Source: Paramoeba atlantica (lineage: Eukaryota; Protista; Discosea). From it: a stretch of 17,079 nt of DNA. The stretch lies in assembly GCA_977017575.1 (NCBI GenBank), contig CDRNVI010000197.1, forward strand, positions 1-17,079. Direction: 5' to 3'. Position 1 is the first letter of the stretch; each line of letters starts with the position of its first letter. The position numbers and the translations under genes are program-made. The notes under the pieces were generated by a model. That model worked only from the letters and a program-made list of their open reading frames with translations. It ran no database searches and was not told the origin of the DNA. This document shows, one piece after another, positions 1-8,700 of the stretch.

Positions 1-127
1 CATCGCGTTGTGCATCCAAGCTATTAAACGCTTGCTCTAAGCCTTCTTCGGTCGATTTGCGCGTATAAATGGCACAGCGTTTGGGTGTAACCGTGTTTGC
101 ATCATTGTTTGTGGTATTTCGCTTCAT
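1..127 (-). CDS. Serine recombinase (resolvase-type catalytic domain, probably a large serine integrase), N-terminal fragment running off the window edge
   Basis: Manual translation from ATG at 127: MKRNTTNNDANTVTPKRCAIYTRKSTEEGLEQAFNSLDAQRD. This contains the Y-x-R-x-S catalytic-serine motif and the 'SL-x-x-Q' motif of serine recombinases. The start overlaps the upstream stop as ATGA (124-127), indicating translational coupling. Not in the ORF track. Confidence 0.9.
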   Translation of the reverse strand, partial: MKRNTTNNDANTVTPKRCAIYTRKSTEEGLEQAFNSLDAQRD

Positions 128-591
128 ACAGTAACTCCATTATTTTTACGCAATCCAAAGAAGAATACCCCCGAGCAATTGTTACCGGTAATGAGTGTGG
201 CAATTTTCGATAAGCTACTATACACACAACCGTCATATTCATAACCGTGTTCTAGCACAGTGACGGTATGGTTTATCCCTTTGTAATGACGCACTAAGCG
301 AGCGCCGACCATGGGGCGTGTGTAGTGGTTGCGTTTTCGTTTGTTTGTTTTCTTATTGTCAGGATAATAGTGCTTGGCTTGTTCAGTGAGGCGTTTATTG
401 ATGTCCGGGTCAACCCCATAGGCTAACTCTTGCAAGCGATAACTTAATCGTTTTACCAGTAGACTTTTTTGTTGGGTATGGGGTTTGGTATTGTATAGCG
501 TTTGCCACAGTGATTTTAATTCAGCCAGTGATAGGTTGGGTAGGGCAGTGACTTGTTCTAATACGGATGTGTTAGAAGTAATGATTGGCAT
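124..591 (-). CDS. DUF2924-like protein (recombinase-associated, prophage/genomic island)
   Basis: 155-aa ORF with recognisable motifs 'L..L...ELK.LW..LY', 'RLSYRLQELAYG', 'GARLVRHYKG..H.V.V...GYEYDG..Y.SLS.IA..ITG...SG..FFGL'. It lies directly upstream of and is coupled to a serine recombinase, the usual context of this family. Family call is from motif recall, not a search. Confidence 0.85.
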   Translation of the reverse strand: MPIITSNTSVLEQVTALPNLSLAELKSLWQTLYNTKPHTQQKSLLVKRLSYRLQELAYGVDPDINKRLTEQAKHYYPDNKKTNKRKRNHYTRPMVGARLVRHYKGINHTVTVLEHGYEYDGCVYSSLSKIATLITGNNCSGVFFFGLRKNNGVTV

Positions 592-600
592 GGTTTTTTT

Positions 601-605
601 CTCCT
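601..605 (-). promoter_or_regulatory. Shine-Dalgarno site (AGGAG) of the DUF2924-like gene
   Basis: Minus strand reads CAGGAG-AAAAAAACC-ATG; 9-nt spacer to the ATG at 591. Confidence 0.8.
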
Positions 606-689
606 GTTAGTAACACATGTTAATCTATGCGATGATAAGTGCCACGTGGTTTATCAGGCTTTGTTTACAGGCTTGACAGATTAAAGGGC

Positions 690-748
690 GGGAAATGACG
701 CCGGTTCAGTCAGGGGCACCGTTTGTTGATTGAATGACGCCATTTCCC
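690..748 (-). other. Long RNA hairpin in the intergenic region
   Basis: Arms 690-702 and 736-748. On the minus strand GGGAAAUGGCGUC pairs with GGCGUCAUUUCCC (13 bp, two G-U pairs), with an inner UUCA-A-UCA/UGA-C-UGAA stem. Confidence 0.55.
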
Positions 749-757
749 TATTCTTTT

Positions 758-1030
758 TTAACCGTCTTGACAGGCTTTGTTGGCTAATTCAGCTTCATCC
801 ATCAAGTCGCCCGGACGCAGTTCATCGCATTGCCTGCAAGCTAATTGCAGTAAATCCGTTAGTCCCCACAAGATGTTATAGAGCTCGCTTGCACAAGGTT
901 GACCGCGAATTGTGACATTGGCAATGTCGGCCATTTGATGTAATTTGGCGCTTAGGGCTTCATGAGGTGTTTTGTAGTCCTCTTCGTCTTGTTCATCGAT
1001 AGCGATATTGGGTAGAATAGATTGATTCAT
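758..1030 (-). CDS. Small hypothetical phage/island-type protein (90 aa, MNQSILPNIAIDEQDEEDYK...)
   Basis: Inside track ORF 758-1243. The ATG at 1030 has an AAAGGAG ribosome-binding site at 1041-1047, so I place the start there. Same strand as the DUF2924-recombinase pair. No family recognised. Confidence 0.55.
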   Translation of the reverse strand: MNQSILPNIAIDEQDEEDYKTPHEALSAKLHQMADIANVTIRGQPCASELYNILWGLTDLLQLACRQCDELRPGDLMDEAELANKACQDG

Positions 1031-2021
1031 GACAGTTAGTCTCCTTTGCTGATTGATTACTGTTGTGATAGCCGCAGTCAGGGGTTTCCAGCATCTGGCT
1101 GCGGTGCCATCGCTGCTGATAATCGCTAGTATCCTGGTTAATAGCAAGCGCATCAAAACCATCAGCGCAATTAGCTCGCTGGGTTGGGCCGCATTAGCGC
1201 TGAAGAGCGCACTAACTTGCCGCATTACCCTACCCGATGGCACTGTCCATTTCAGTTTGGGGATTGGTTAAAAGGCCGATATCGTGTAAACGGCGCATAG
1301 ACGCGATATACGCAATGAACTCACGGCGACGACGGCTTCTCCAATAGCGACTCCCCAATCAACCACTGTGTACCGATAAATAGCGTTCTCAGTAGCAAAA
1401 TAATCGCCATGCAAAACAAGCTAATCACCGCAATGAATTATGGCGTCATTAAACTGGTTTAAACTGCTAAATCGCCTTAACTGAATAATGACAAAGACAG
1501 CTGCAAATAGAATAGGTTACTGACGTTTTATGGGGAATTTCAGAATCAGGTTTTGAGACTTGGTGTTGACTATCCAAACTCAGCTGGTTTCGGTTAGGAT
1601 TCAGAGAGTTAACCGCTGGTTTCAGTTTACAGGTGCACTACTATTATTACTAACGTAATAATAATAACAGTAAGATACACTAACGTCAGTTACTGTGTAA
1701 ATTACTTTAATTATAAATTAATTTAATTTAAGTACCGCTTTATTTAATAACCCACTCAGCCTATCACGTATACTCCCTTGTGCTATTTTGTCTTTGCATA
1801 CAGACGAACACCCAAAGCAAACACACACGTAACGCCAACAAGATGAACATTCATCATACCTCTGTCACTTACCTCATTTCCCTCACTTCGCTTACCTCAT
1901 TGCCACTAACGCCACTTCACCTCAATTTCACGCTTAACATCACTATCAAGAGATAATTAGTGCAGGTGTTAAAAGATAATAGCCTTAAAACGCCCATAGG
2001 CAGGCTTTAAACACGTTAACT

Positions 2022-2889
2022 CCCTAAACCCTAAACCCTAAACCCTAAACCCTAAACCCTAAACCCTAAACCCTAAACCCTAAACCCTAAACCCTAAACC
2101 CTAAACCCTAAACCCTAAACCCTAAACCCTAAACCCTAAACCCTAAACCCTAAACCCTAAACCCTAAACCCTAAACCCTAAACCCTAAACCCTAAACCCT
2201 AAACCCTAAACCCTAAACCCTAAACCCTAAACCCTAAACCCTAAACCCTAAACCCTAAACCCTAAACCCTAAACCCTAAACCCTAAACCCTAAACCCTAA
2301 ACCCTAAACCCTAAACCCTAAACCCTAAACCCTAAACCCTAAACCCTAAACCCTAAACCCTAAACCCTAAACCCTAAACCCTAAACCCTAAACCCTAAAC
2401 CCTAAACCCTAAACCCTAAACCCTAAACCCTAAACCCTAAACCCTAAACCCTAAACCCTAAACCCTAAACCCTAAACCCTAAACCCTAAACCCTAAACCC
2501 TAAACCCTAAACCCTAAACCCTAAACCCTAAACCCTAAACCCTAAACCCTAAACCCTAAACCCTAAACCCTAAACCCTAAACCCTAAACCCTAAACCCTA
2601 AACCCTAAACCCTAAACCCTAAACCCTAAACCCTAAACCCTAAACCCTAAACCCTAAACCCTAAACCCTAAACCCTAAACCCTAAACCCTAAACCCTAAA
2701 CCCTAAACCCTAAACCCTAAACCCTAAACCCTAAACCCTAAACCCTAAACCCTAAACCCTAAACCCTAAACCCTAAACCCTAAACCCTAAACCCTAAACC
2801 CTAAACCCTAAACCCTAAACCCTAAACCCTAAACCCTAAACCCTAAACCCTAAACCCTAAACCCTAAACCCTAAACCCTAAACCCTAAA
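2022..2889 (+). repeat. Telomeric array (CCCTAAA)124, i.e. TTTAGGG type, C-strand on plus
   Basis: 868 bp = 124 uninterrupted 7-mers. The G-rich strand runs 5' to 3' leftwards, so the array caps the sequence on its right. Confidence 0.98.
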
Positions 2890-2891
2890 TT

Positions 2892-3505
2892 AGTAAATCA
2901 CAAGGAATAAGACGATATCATTTTCAATAATAAAGAATAGTTTCTGAAGGAAAAAACAATAAAAAAAAGTAATTAGTTATTGTTTAAAAAAATACCCGAA
3001 AAAAGAAACTGAACCCCTCATATCACATCATTGTGCTTTATCTGAGAAAAATAGGCTTCTTTGGATACAGTAAATCACAAGGAATAAGACAATATTATTT
3101 TCAATGATAAAGAACAGTTTCTGAAGGAAAAAACAATAAAACAAAATTATTTAAATATTGTTTAGAAAAATATCAGAAAAAAAAAACTGAACCCCTCACA
3201 TCACATCATTGTGTTTTATCTGAGAGAAAAATAGATTTCTTTGGATACAATAAATCACAAGGAATAAGACGATATAATTTTCAATGATAAAGAACAGTTT
3301 CTGAAGGAAAAAACATTAAAACTTTAATTATTTAAATATTGTTTAAAAAAATGTTGGAAAAAAAAAACTGAACCTCTAACCCATCACATCACATCACATT
3401 GTGCTTTATCTGAGAGAAAAATAGGATTCTTTGGATACAATAAATCACAGGGAATAAGATGATGTCATTTTCAATGATAAAAAACACTCTCTGAAGAAAA
3501 AAAAC
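2892..3505. repeat. Telomere-associated tandem repeat, ~180-bp unit, ~3.4 copies
   Basis: Units starting (A/G)TAAATCACAAGGAATAAGAC... begin at about 2892, 3069, 3249 and 3439 (periods 177, 180, 190). They share TTTCTGAAGGAAAAAAC, ACTGAACCC, TCACATCATTGTG and TTTGGATAC blocks. Confidence 0.9.
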
Positions 3506-5010
3506 AATTAAAATAAAAAAAAATAAAACAAAAAAAATTCCGAATATCAACAAAAAGATTAAAACTCAAAAAGAAACAACAAAAAACAAACTTTCATATT
3601 TTTAAGCTTTTAAAACCCTGAAATAAAAAAGAAATAAAAAAAAACAAAAAGAAAAAAAAAAGAAGAAAATGAGAGAAAAAGAAAAAAAAAAATCAAAAAA
3701 GAAATCAAAAAACCATTAAAAAAAAAGAAATCCTGTTCCCACTCAACACAAAAGAAAATGAATCCCTTTTGATTTTTTTTATTGTTCATTTTGAGAATAA
3801 AAAGAATTAGTTTTTCATTTTTCTAAATCTTTTCAAAAAAGAAAAAGAAAAAGAAAAAAAGAAAAAAGAGAAAAAGAAAAAAGAGAAAAAGAAAAAAGAG
3901 AAAAAGAAAAAAACCAAAAGAAAAAAAAAAACAATTTTGTGTAAAAAAAAGTAAAAAAAAAAAAGAGATGAAGGAAAAAGAAGAAAAAAGAAACAAAAAA
4001 GAAAAAGAGAAAAAGAAAAAAAGAAACAAGAAAAAGAAGAGGAAAAAAGAAAAGAAAGAAAACCTCAAAGAATTGAATCACCAGATAAACCTTGTGAATT
4101 CTCTTATCTTTCTCACTTTGAGAAAAATAGATTGGTTTTTCATTTCTCTTTCTTAATATAAAAGTGATACATTGAAAAAACCAAAAATTTCTTGATTTCT
4201 AAAAGTCTATTTTTCTCATCTTTCAAAAAACAAAAACCAAATACAAAAATCAAACAAAAACAAAAAACAAAAAAGAAAAACTTTTTTGCCAAAAAACTGA
4301 TTTTTATTTTGGGTGTGATTTTTTTTCTTGAAATTTGGCAAGGAGGTGAAAAAGAATTCAAATGTTCTTGTTTTTTCTTAGTTGTTCAAGCTTCCATCAA
4401 GATAGGACCAATACAAATTCAATTCTTTTTCTTTTTTTCTTCTTTAATCTTATTTTTGGTTTGCATTTGGATTTTTTCAATCAATTTTGGTCATACAATC
4501 CTTTTTCTTTGTTTTTTTTTGTTTTTTTCTCTTTTTTGTTGAATCTTTCTCTTTCTCTTTCTTTTTCTTTTTTTCTTTCTTTCTCACAAACAAAAAGAAA
4601 AAAAAAAACTGTTCGAAACAAAAAATCAAAAAAAAACCAAAAAAAAACCAAAAAAAGAAAAAAAAAATGGATGATGTGGCAACATTTGATTAGAAATTGG
4701 ATTTTTTTTTTCTTTTTCGGAAAAGAAAGTGGCGAGTGAGAAAAAAACAGAAAAACAGAAAGAGAAAAAAAAGAAATTAAAAGAAAAGAAGAGTTGAAAG
4801 GTTTGGAAAGATACATGATAGATTGTTTGATTTACCAATAAACTTTTTTATTCCATATTTCAAGTGAATGTTTTAGTTTGTTATTCTTTTTTTTTTTCTT
4901 TATTCACAAACTATTAAAAACAACACCACCAAATCAATTATTTCACTTTTCCACACACAATCAAAAGAAAGAATTGAGAAAATCAAAGAAAAACAAAAAG
5001 TTTCTTTTTT
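3506..5010. repeat. AT-rich low-complexity DNA with GAAAAA-type microsatellites and alternating A-rich and T-rich tracts
   Basis: Visible homopolymer and purine tracts, e.g. 3836-4060. All track ORFs here translate to poly-F or poly-K and are artefacts. Confidence 0.8.
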
Positions 5011-5123
5011 AGCATACCTTATGCTTCAACGTTTTTCGTCTCTTTTGGATAGAATCGTCACCTTAATCGATTCGATTTGTAAATCTTTCGAAAAAATTTG
5101 TTAGTTTTTTGCAATGTATAGAG

Positions 5124-5136
5124 CCCTAAACCCTAA
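5124..5136 (+). repeat. Short interstitial telomere motif CCCTAAACCCTAA (telo-box-like)
   Basis: Almost two telomere units in the same orientation as the main array. Confidence 0.6.
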
Positions 5137-5168
5137 TAACTTCCACACAATTAATACAAAGCTATATT

Positions 5169-5609
5169 TTAACTTTCATTTGGAAAGCTGACTTGTACAC
5201 CTAAGTTTAATAACTGTTGTGTCACAAAAAAATAACTTTATATAACAACTTCACACAATTACTTTTGAAAATGTGACTTAATATCCTCTTTAGTAATCCT
5301 TTGCCAATCAGCCAAGATTAACTCTAGTAACAATGATAATATTTCAACCACTGGCCATTATTGATGTTGTAGTATTAATGTTCAATTCAATTGTTTTACC
5401 TCATTCATCACCTGAAAAGTGGCACTGACTATTAAGCTTATATCATTTATATACTGCCTTTGTTCTAATTCAACTAACTATTCTTTCAATAACCTTTCTA
5501 TTGAGCAACTGCCACTTATTTTAAAGAATTGATATAGATTAAATTCCACTGTTAATGAATTAAACAACAATAAGTTATTCAATTGGCTTAATCCTTGATA
5601 AGTATTATC
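5169..5609 (-). pseudogene. 3' remnant of the LRR-Sel1-kinase gene, resuming after the LINE
   Basis: Starts with the target-site duplication and continues the frame broken at 12549 (..LIDNIYQ / DNTYQGLSQLNNLLLFNSLTVEFNLYQFFKISG..). Several in-frame stops and no CpG. The true end of the gene is uncertain. Confidence 0.7.
5594..5609. repeat. Target-site duplication, copy at the 3' end of the LINE
   Basis: CTTGATAAGTATTATC versus CTTGATAAATATTATC at 12549-12564: 16 bp with one transition mismatch, each copy directly beside a T tract. Confidence 0.9.
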
Positions 5610-5752
5610 TTTTTTTTTTTTTAATTTTAGACATCAGAGATGCCATTTATTGAAATGAAGTATAATCTAGACACCCAAGAATACACTTAAATTAAATTGT
5701 TATAATTAAGTAAAATCAACCCACTTCAGTGCCAACTTAGTGGCTAAAAGCT

Positions 5753-8700
5753 CTAATGTTTCTTTCTATTTCTCATTTGAATCTCTTTCAAAATTCTTTT
5801 CTTCTCAACAGCTTTAATAGGCCTAATAATCTTCCTTACAATGGAAGGTCTCATTGCACTCTTCAACCAACAGTTCCTTGCTTGCTCATACTTCTTTCTC
5901 CATTTTCAGTTTTCTTTATTAACAAAACTTTTTAACATTTCTTTAGGTGCAGCTCTTTCTGGAAACCACTTAACAATATCATCTGAAATGAACACAGGAG
6001 AAATCATCACCCCATCTAGTGCAGCTTGTACTGGAAAGTAAACATTATTAGTTGTAATCACCTTATCCTTAAACCTCCTCTTAAATTGAATTTTTTTCAC
6101 AGGGAAGCTCCAATCCAAATCCAACGGTTCCATCACCCACTTCTACAGCTTGGAATTTTCAATAATCCATTCCTCACTGGTTGTTGCTAGTTGTTTCAAT
6201 CTTGAATCCCAGTTCCTATCAAACACAGCTTCCATCCCATCCTCTTTAGAGTGACTTGCTACTGTTGTAATCACATCTGACCTCTTGTTGAATTTGCGAT
6301 ACACATGAGTGTACTCCACTTTGGTAAATTTACTCTCAACAATATTTCTGATCTCAGATAGAATCTCATTGAGCTCAAAGTTATCAATCAGTTTCGTCTT
6401 AAGCGCTGCCTCAGTCAGAATTTTACAATTTCCCACCATCTCTACACATTGCCCAAAGCCAATAACTTGTTGTAGACCAGCTAAGCATCCCAAAAACTCA
6501 CTCAAATTATTTGAGCCTAGTGGAATTGTTTCAAATCCACCTCCAACCTCCAAACCTTCCTTAATAATCACATACCCAGATCCCCCGATGTGGGGATCTA
6601 CATACTCAGAGCCATTATAAAACACTTGCAAGGCAGAATACTTGAACTTTGGTTGTTTTATTTCTCTTTTACCTTTGGGGGGAGCCTTTTTTATAGTTTG
6701 TTTGGGAATCATCTTGTTTGTCTTAGCAATTTCATCAAAAATTTTAACAGCAAAGCTTGGGAACTTCGATCCTTCTGCACATACAGTGATCCACAAGCTC
6801 AATAGGGCTGCACTCACTGCAAATGCTTCAGCCTTCTTTAGATACTGGTTCGTAAATCCATACACAAAGTCAGCACTCTCCCACCCAGGAATCTTTAAAA
6901 CAAAGCATCTCCTCCCAATAGTTTTCAAAATTGCCTTAGCTTTCAAACATCCTTCAAGAAGGTGCACCCTTGACTCTTTGACTTTCCTACACAGCCAACA
7001 AAGTGGACTCACAGATGTAAAATGAGCAATCTTATCCACAGTTGGAAGATCCCTTAAAAAAAACTTCAAAAGGTTCTGCTTAATCTGGGGTTTTTGTGGA
7101 AGAGACAAATTATAGATCACACATTTCAAGCACCCATCCCCCACATAGAAATTCTCCACTCCCACAGAAATGTTTCAAGAGAGGAGAAAAAAGGATCTCT
7201 TGGTTTTGGAGCCCATCTTCACTTGTTCTGAGATAGCGCCACTAGCTTCCAAAACATCAATCCTCATGGCCCCAATGGACAATGGATTCCTATAATGATC
7301 TCAGAGAGGTTTCCTCGATATCAGCAGAGCCCAGTTAAACAGAATAGAGTGTTTAACTTGGAGTTTTTCAAAGAAGGGGGGACGAAGGGAGGTCATTATA
7401 CAAGACTTTAGATTTGCATATGTACCTAAGGCTGAACAAATGGCCTTCCACATCTTCAAGGAGACAACTTTTGAGATAAGCTTGAATCTTGCCAAATAAC
7501 CCATACAAGGAATAAGGTAAGTATTGATCATCTGGACTCTCTCCTTGAAGCTGCCTTTCCTTTGCTTAATTGCTGTTCCAACCTTCTGCATTTTCTTGAT
7601 CACCCCTTCCCAGTTTTTAGTTGGGTTCATTCTTCAAGAAATTGTAACTTCCAAGTACACAGTCTCCTCTCCCAAATAATTAGCTGAAGGCATTTCAGCC
7701 CAAGGGCCCACAGGAGAGAATTTTTCAGTTGACAATACAAAGCATTTGTTGTAGTTGAGTTTGGCTCTAGTTCCTTGTTCATATTCTTAGAAAATTGAGG
7801 TCAAGGAATTTATGGATTGGACCCTGTGAAGGAGAAGGGCTAAGTCATTCATGAACCCAGCAAGCTTCTCAAGGTCACCCCCATTGTTCAAATGAACCAA
7901 TAAAACATCAAAAAGAATAATGAACAGAAGAGGTGAAATGGGGCAGTCTTGTCGCACACCAGTTTAGCTCTTGATGGCTTCCTTCTGTGTCTTATCATTC
8001 GATCCTACAGTTGGGAGCCATGTATCTGACTCTCGCAGAACTTTAGATACAACTTCAAGGGCTTGGGGAGGAGCATTCAACCCAATCAGCAACTCTATAA
8101 GGGCTTTATGGTTAACATAGTCATAGGTCTTACAGAAATCAGTTTGGAGGATGGTCACATCTTTGCCCTCCACTACTGCTTCCATAAACCCATCATGTAT
8201 CAATTCCACTGCATTATCAATGGACCTTCCAGCAAATATAGCATTTTGTTCCAGGGAAATCACCTCTCTGGCACTCTCCATCAGCCATTTGGCCTAATAT
8301 CTCATCACAATCCAATAATCAGAATTGGTAATACTTATTGGTCAAAATTGGTCAGGACGAGGAATATTCTCAATCTTAAGTAGTAACACAAGTTAACTCT
8401 CCCCAAACGACTCAGGGAAATCCATTGATTCCCCAGCTCTCTGGATAAGTTCACACCACATATCACACAGCTATTCACTTGTCACTCTGTAGAGAGCAAA
8501 GGGGATACCATCTGGGCCAGCACTTGAATTATTGCACTGTCGCAGCAGTTTATCAACCTTGGCCCCATCAACAACATGGTAATCAACCTTAGGAAACTGA
8601 GGTTTATGGTTCTCAATCAGCTTCTGAAGAGAGTCCTTGTTGTATGGCCTCACTGAGCCTAAAAGATTTCCCCAAAATTCTTTAATTGCTTTCTGGACCA

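Larger units (their letters stand above)
1..2021. mobile_element. Bacterial prophage/genomic-island-like segment (recombinase module plus non-coding arm)
   Basis: Shine-Dalgarno-led, intronless, coupled genes; DUF2924 plus serine recombinase; abundant CpG, unlike the eukaryotic part. Ends abruptly at the telomere array. Confidence 0.7.

Noticed and set aside
673-772. TTGACA -35 boxes at 673 and 767 as plus-strand promoters
   Set aside because: No credible -10 hexamer 16-18 nt downstream of either.
1031-1243. N-terminal extension of ORF 758-1243 and overlapping plus-strand ORFs (730-915, 1053-1271)
   Set aside because: A strong ribosome-binding site precedes the ATG at 1030. The extension and antisense ORFs have no RBS or recognisable motif.
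2022-2889. Telomere array as the cap of a linear bacterial plasmid or phage
   Set aside because: Wrong orientation: capping the right end of the bacterial segment would put TTTAGGG on the plus strand, but it reads CCCTAAA.
2892-3505. CRISPR array or similar repeat-spacer system
   Set aside because: The whole ~180-bp unit is repeated, with no unique spacers and no cas genes.
3823-4838. Track ORFs rich in F, L, S or K, R, E
   Set aside because: These are translations of low-complexity A/T tracts. Possible small exons could not be assembled into a gene.
5050-5095. tRNA-like sequence (TTCGATT, GATTTGTAAATC hairpin)
   Set aside because: No cloverleaf can be built: the loop is 6 nt, and acceptor and D arms are missing.
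7300-8600. Telomerase, retron or group II intron reverse transcriptase
   Set aside because: The APE domain, ORF1, poly(A) tail, TSD and the GVRQGCPLSPLLF-type motif identify a non-LTR retrotransposon RT.
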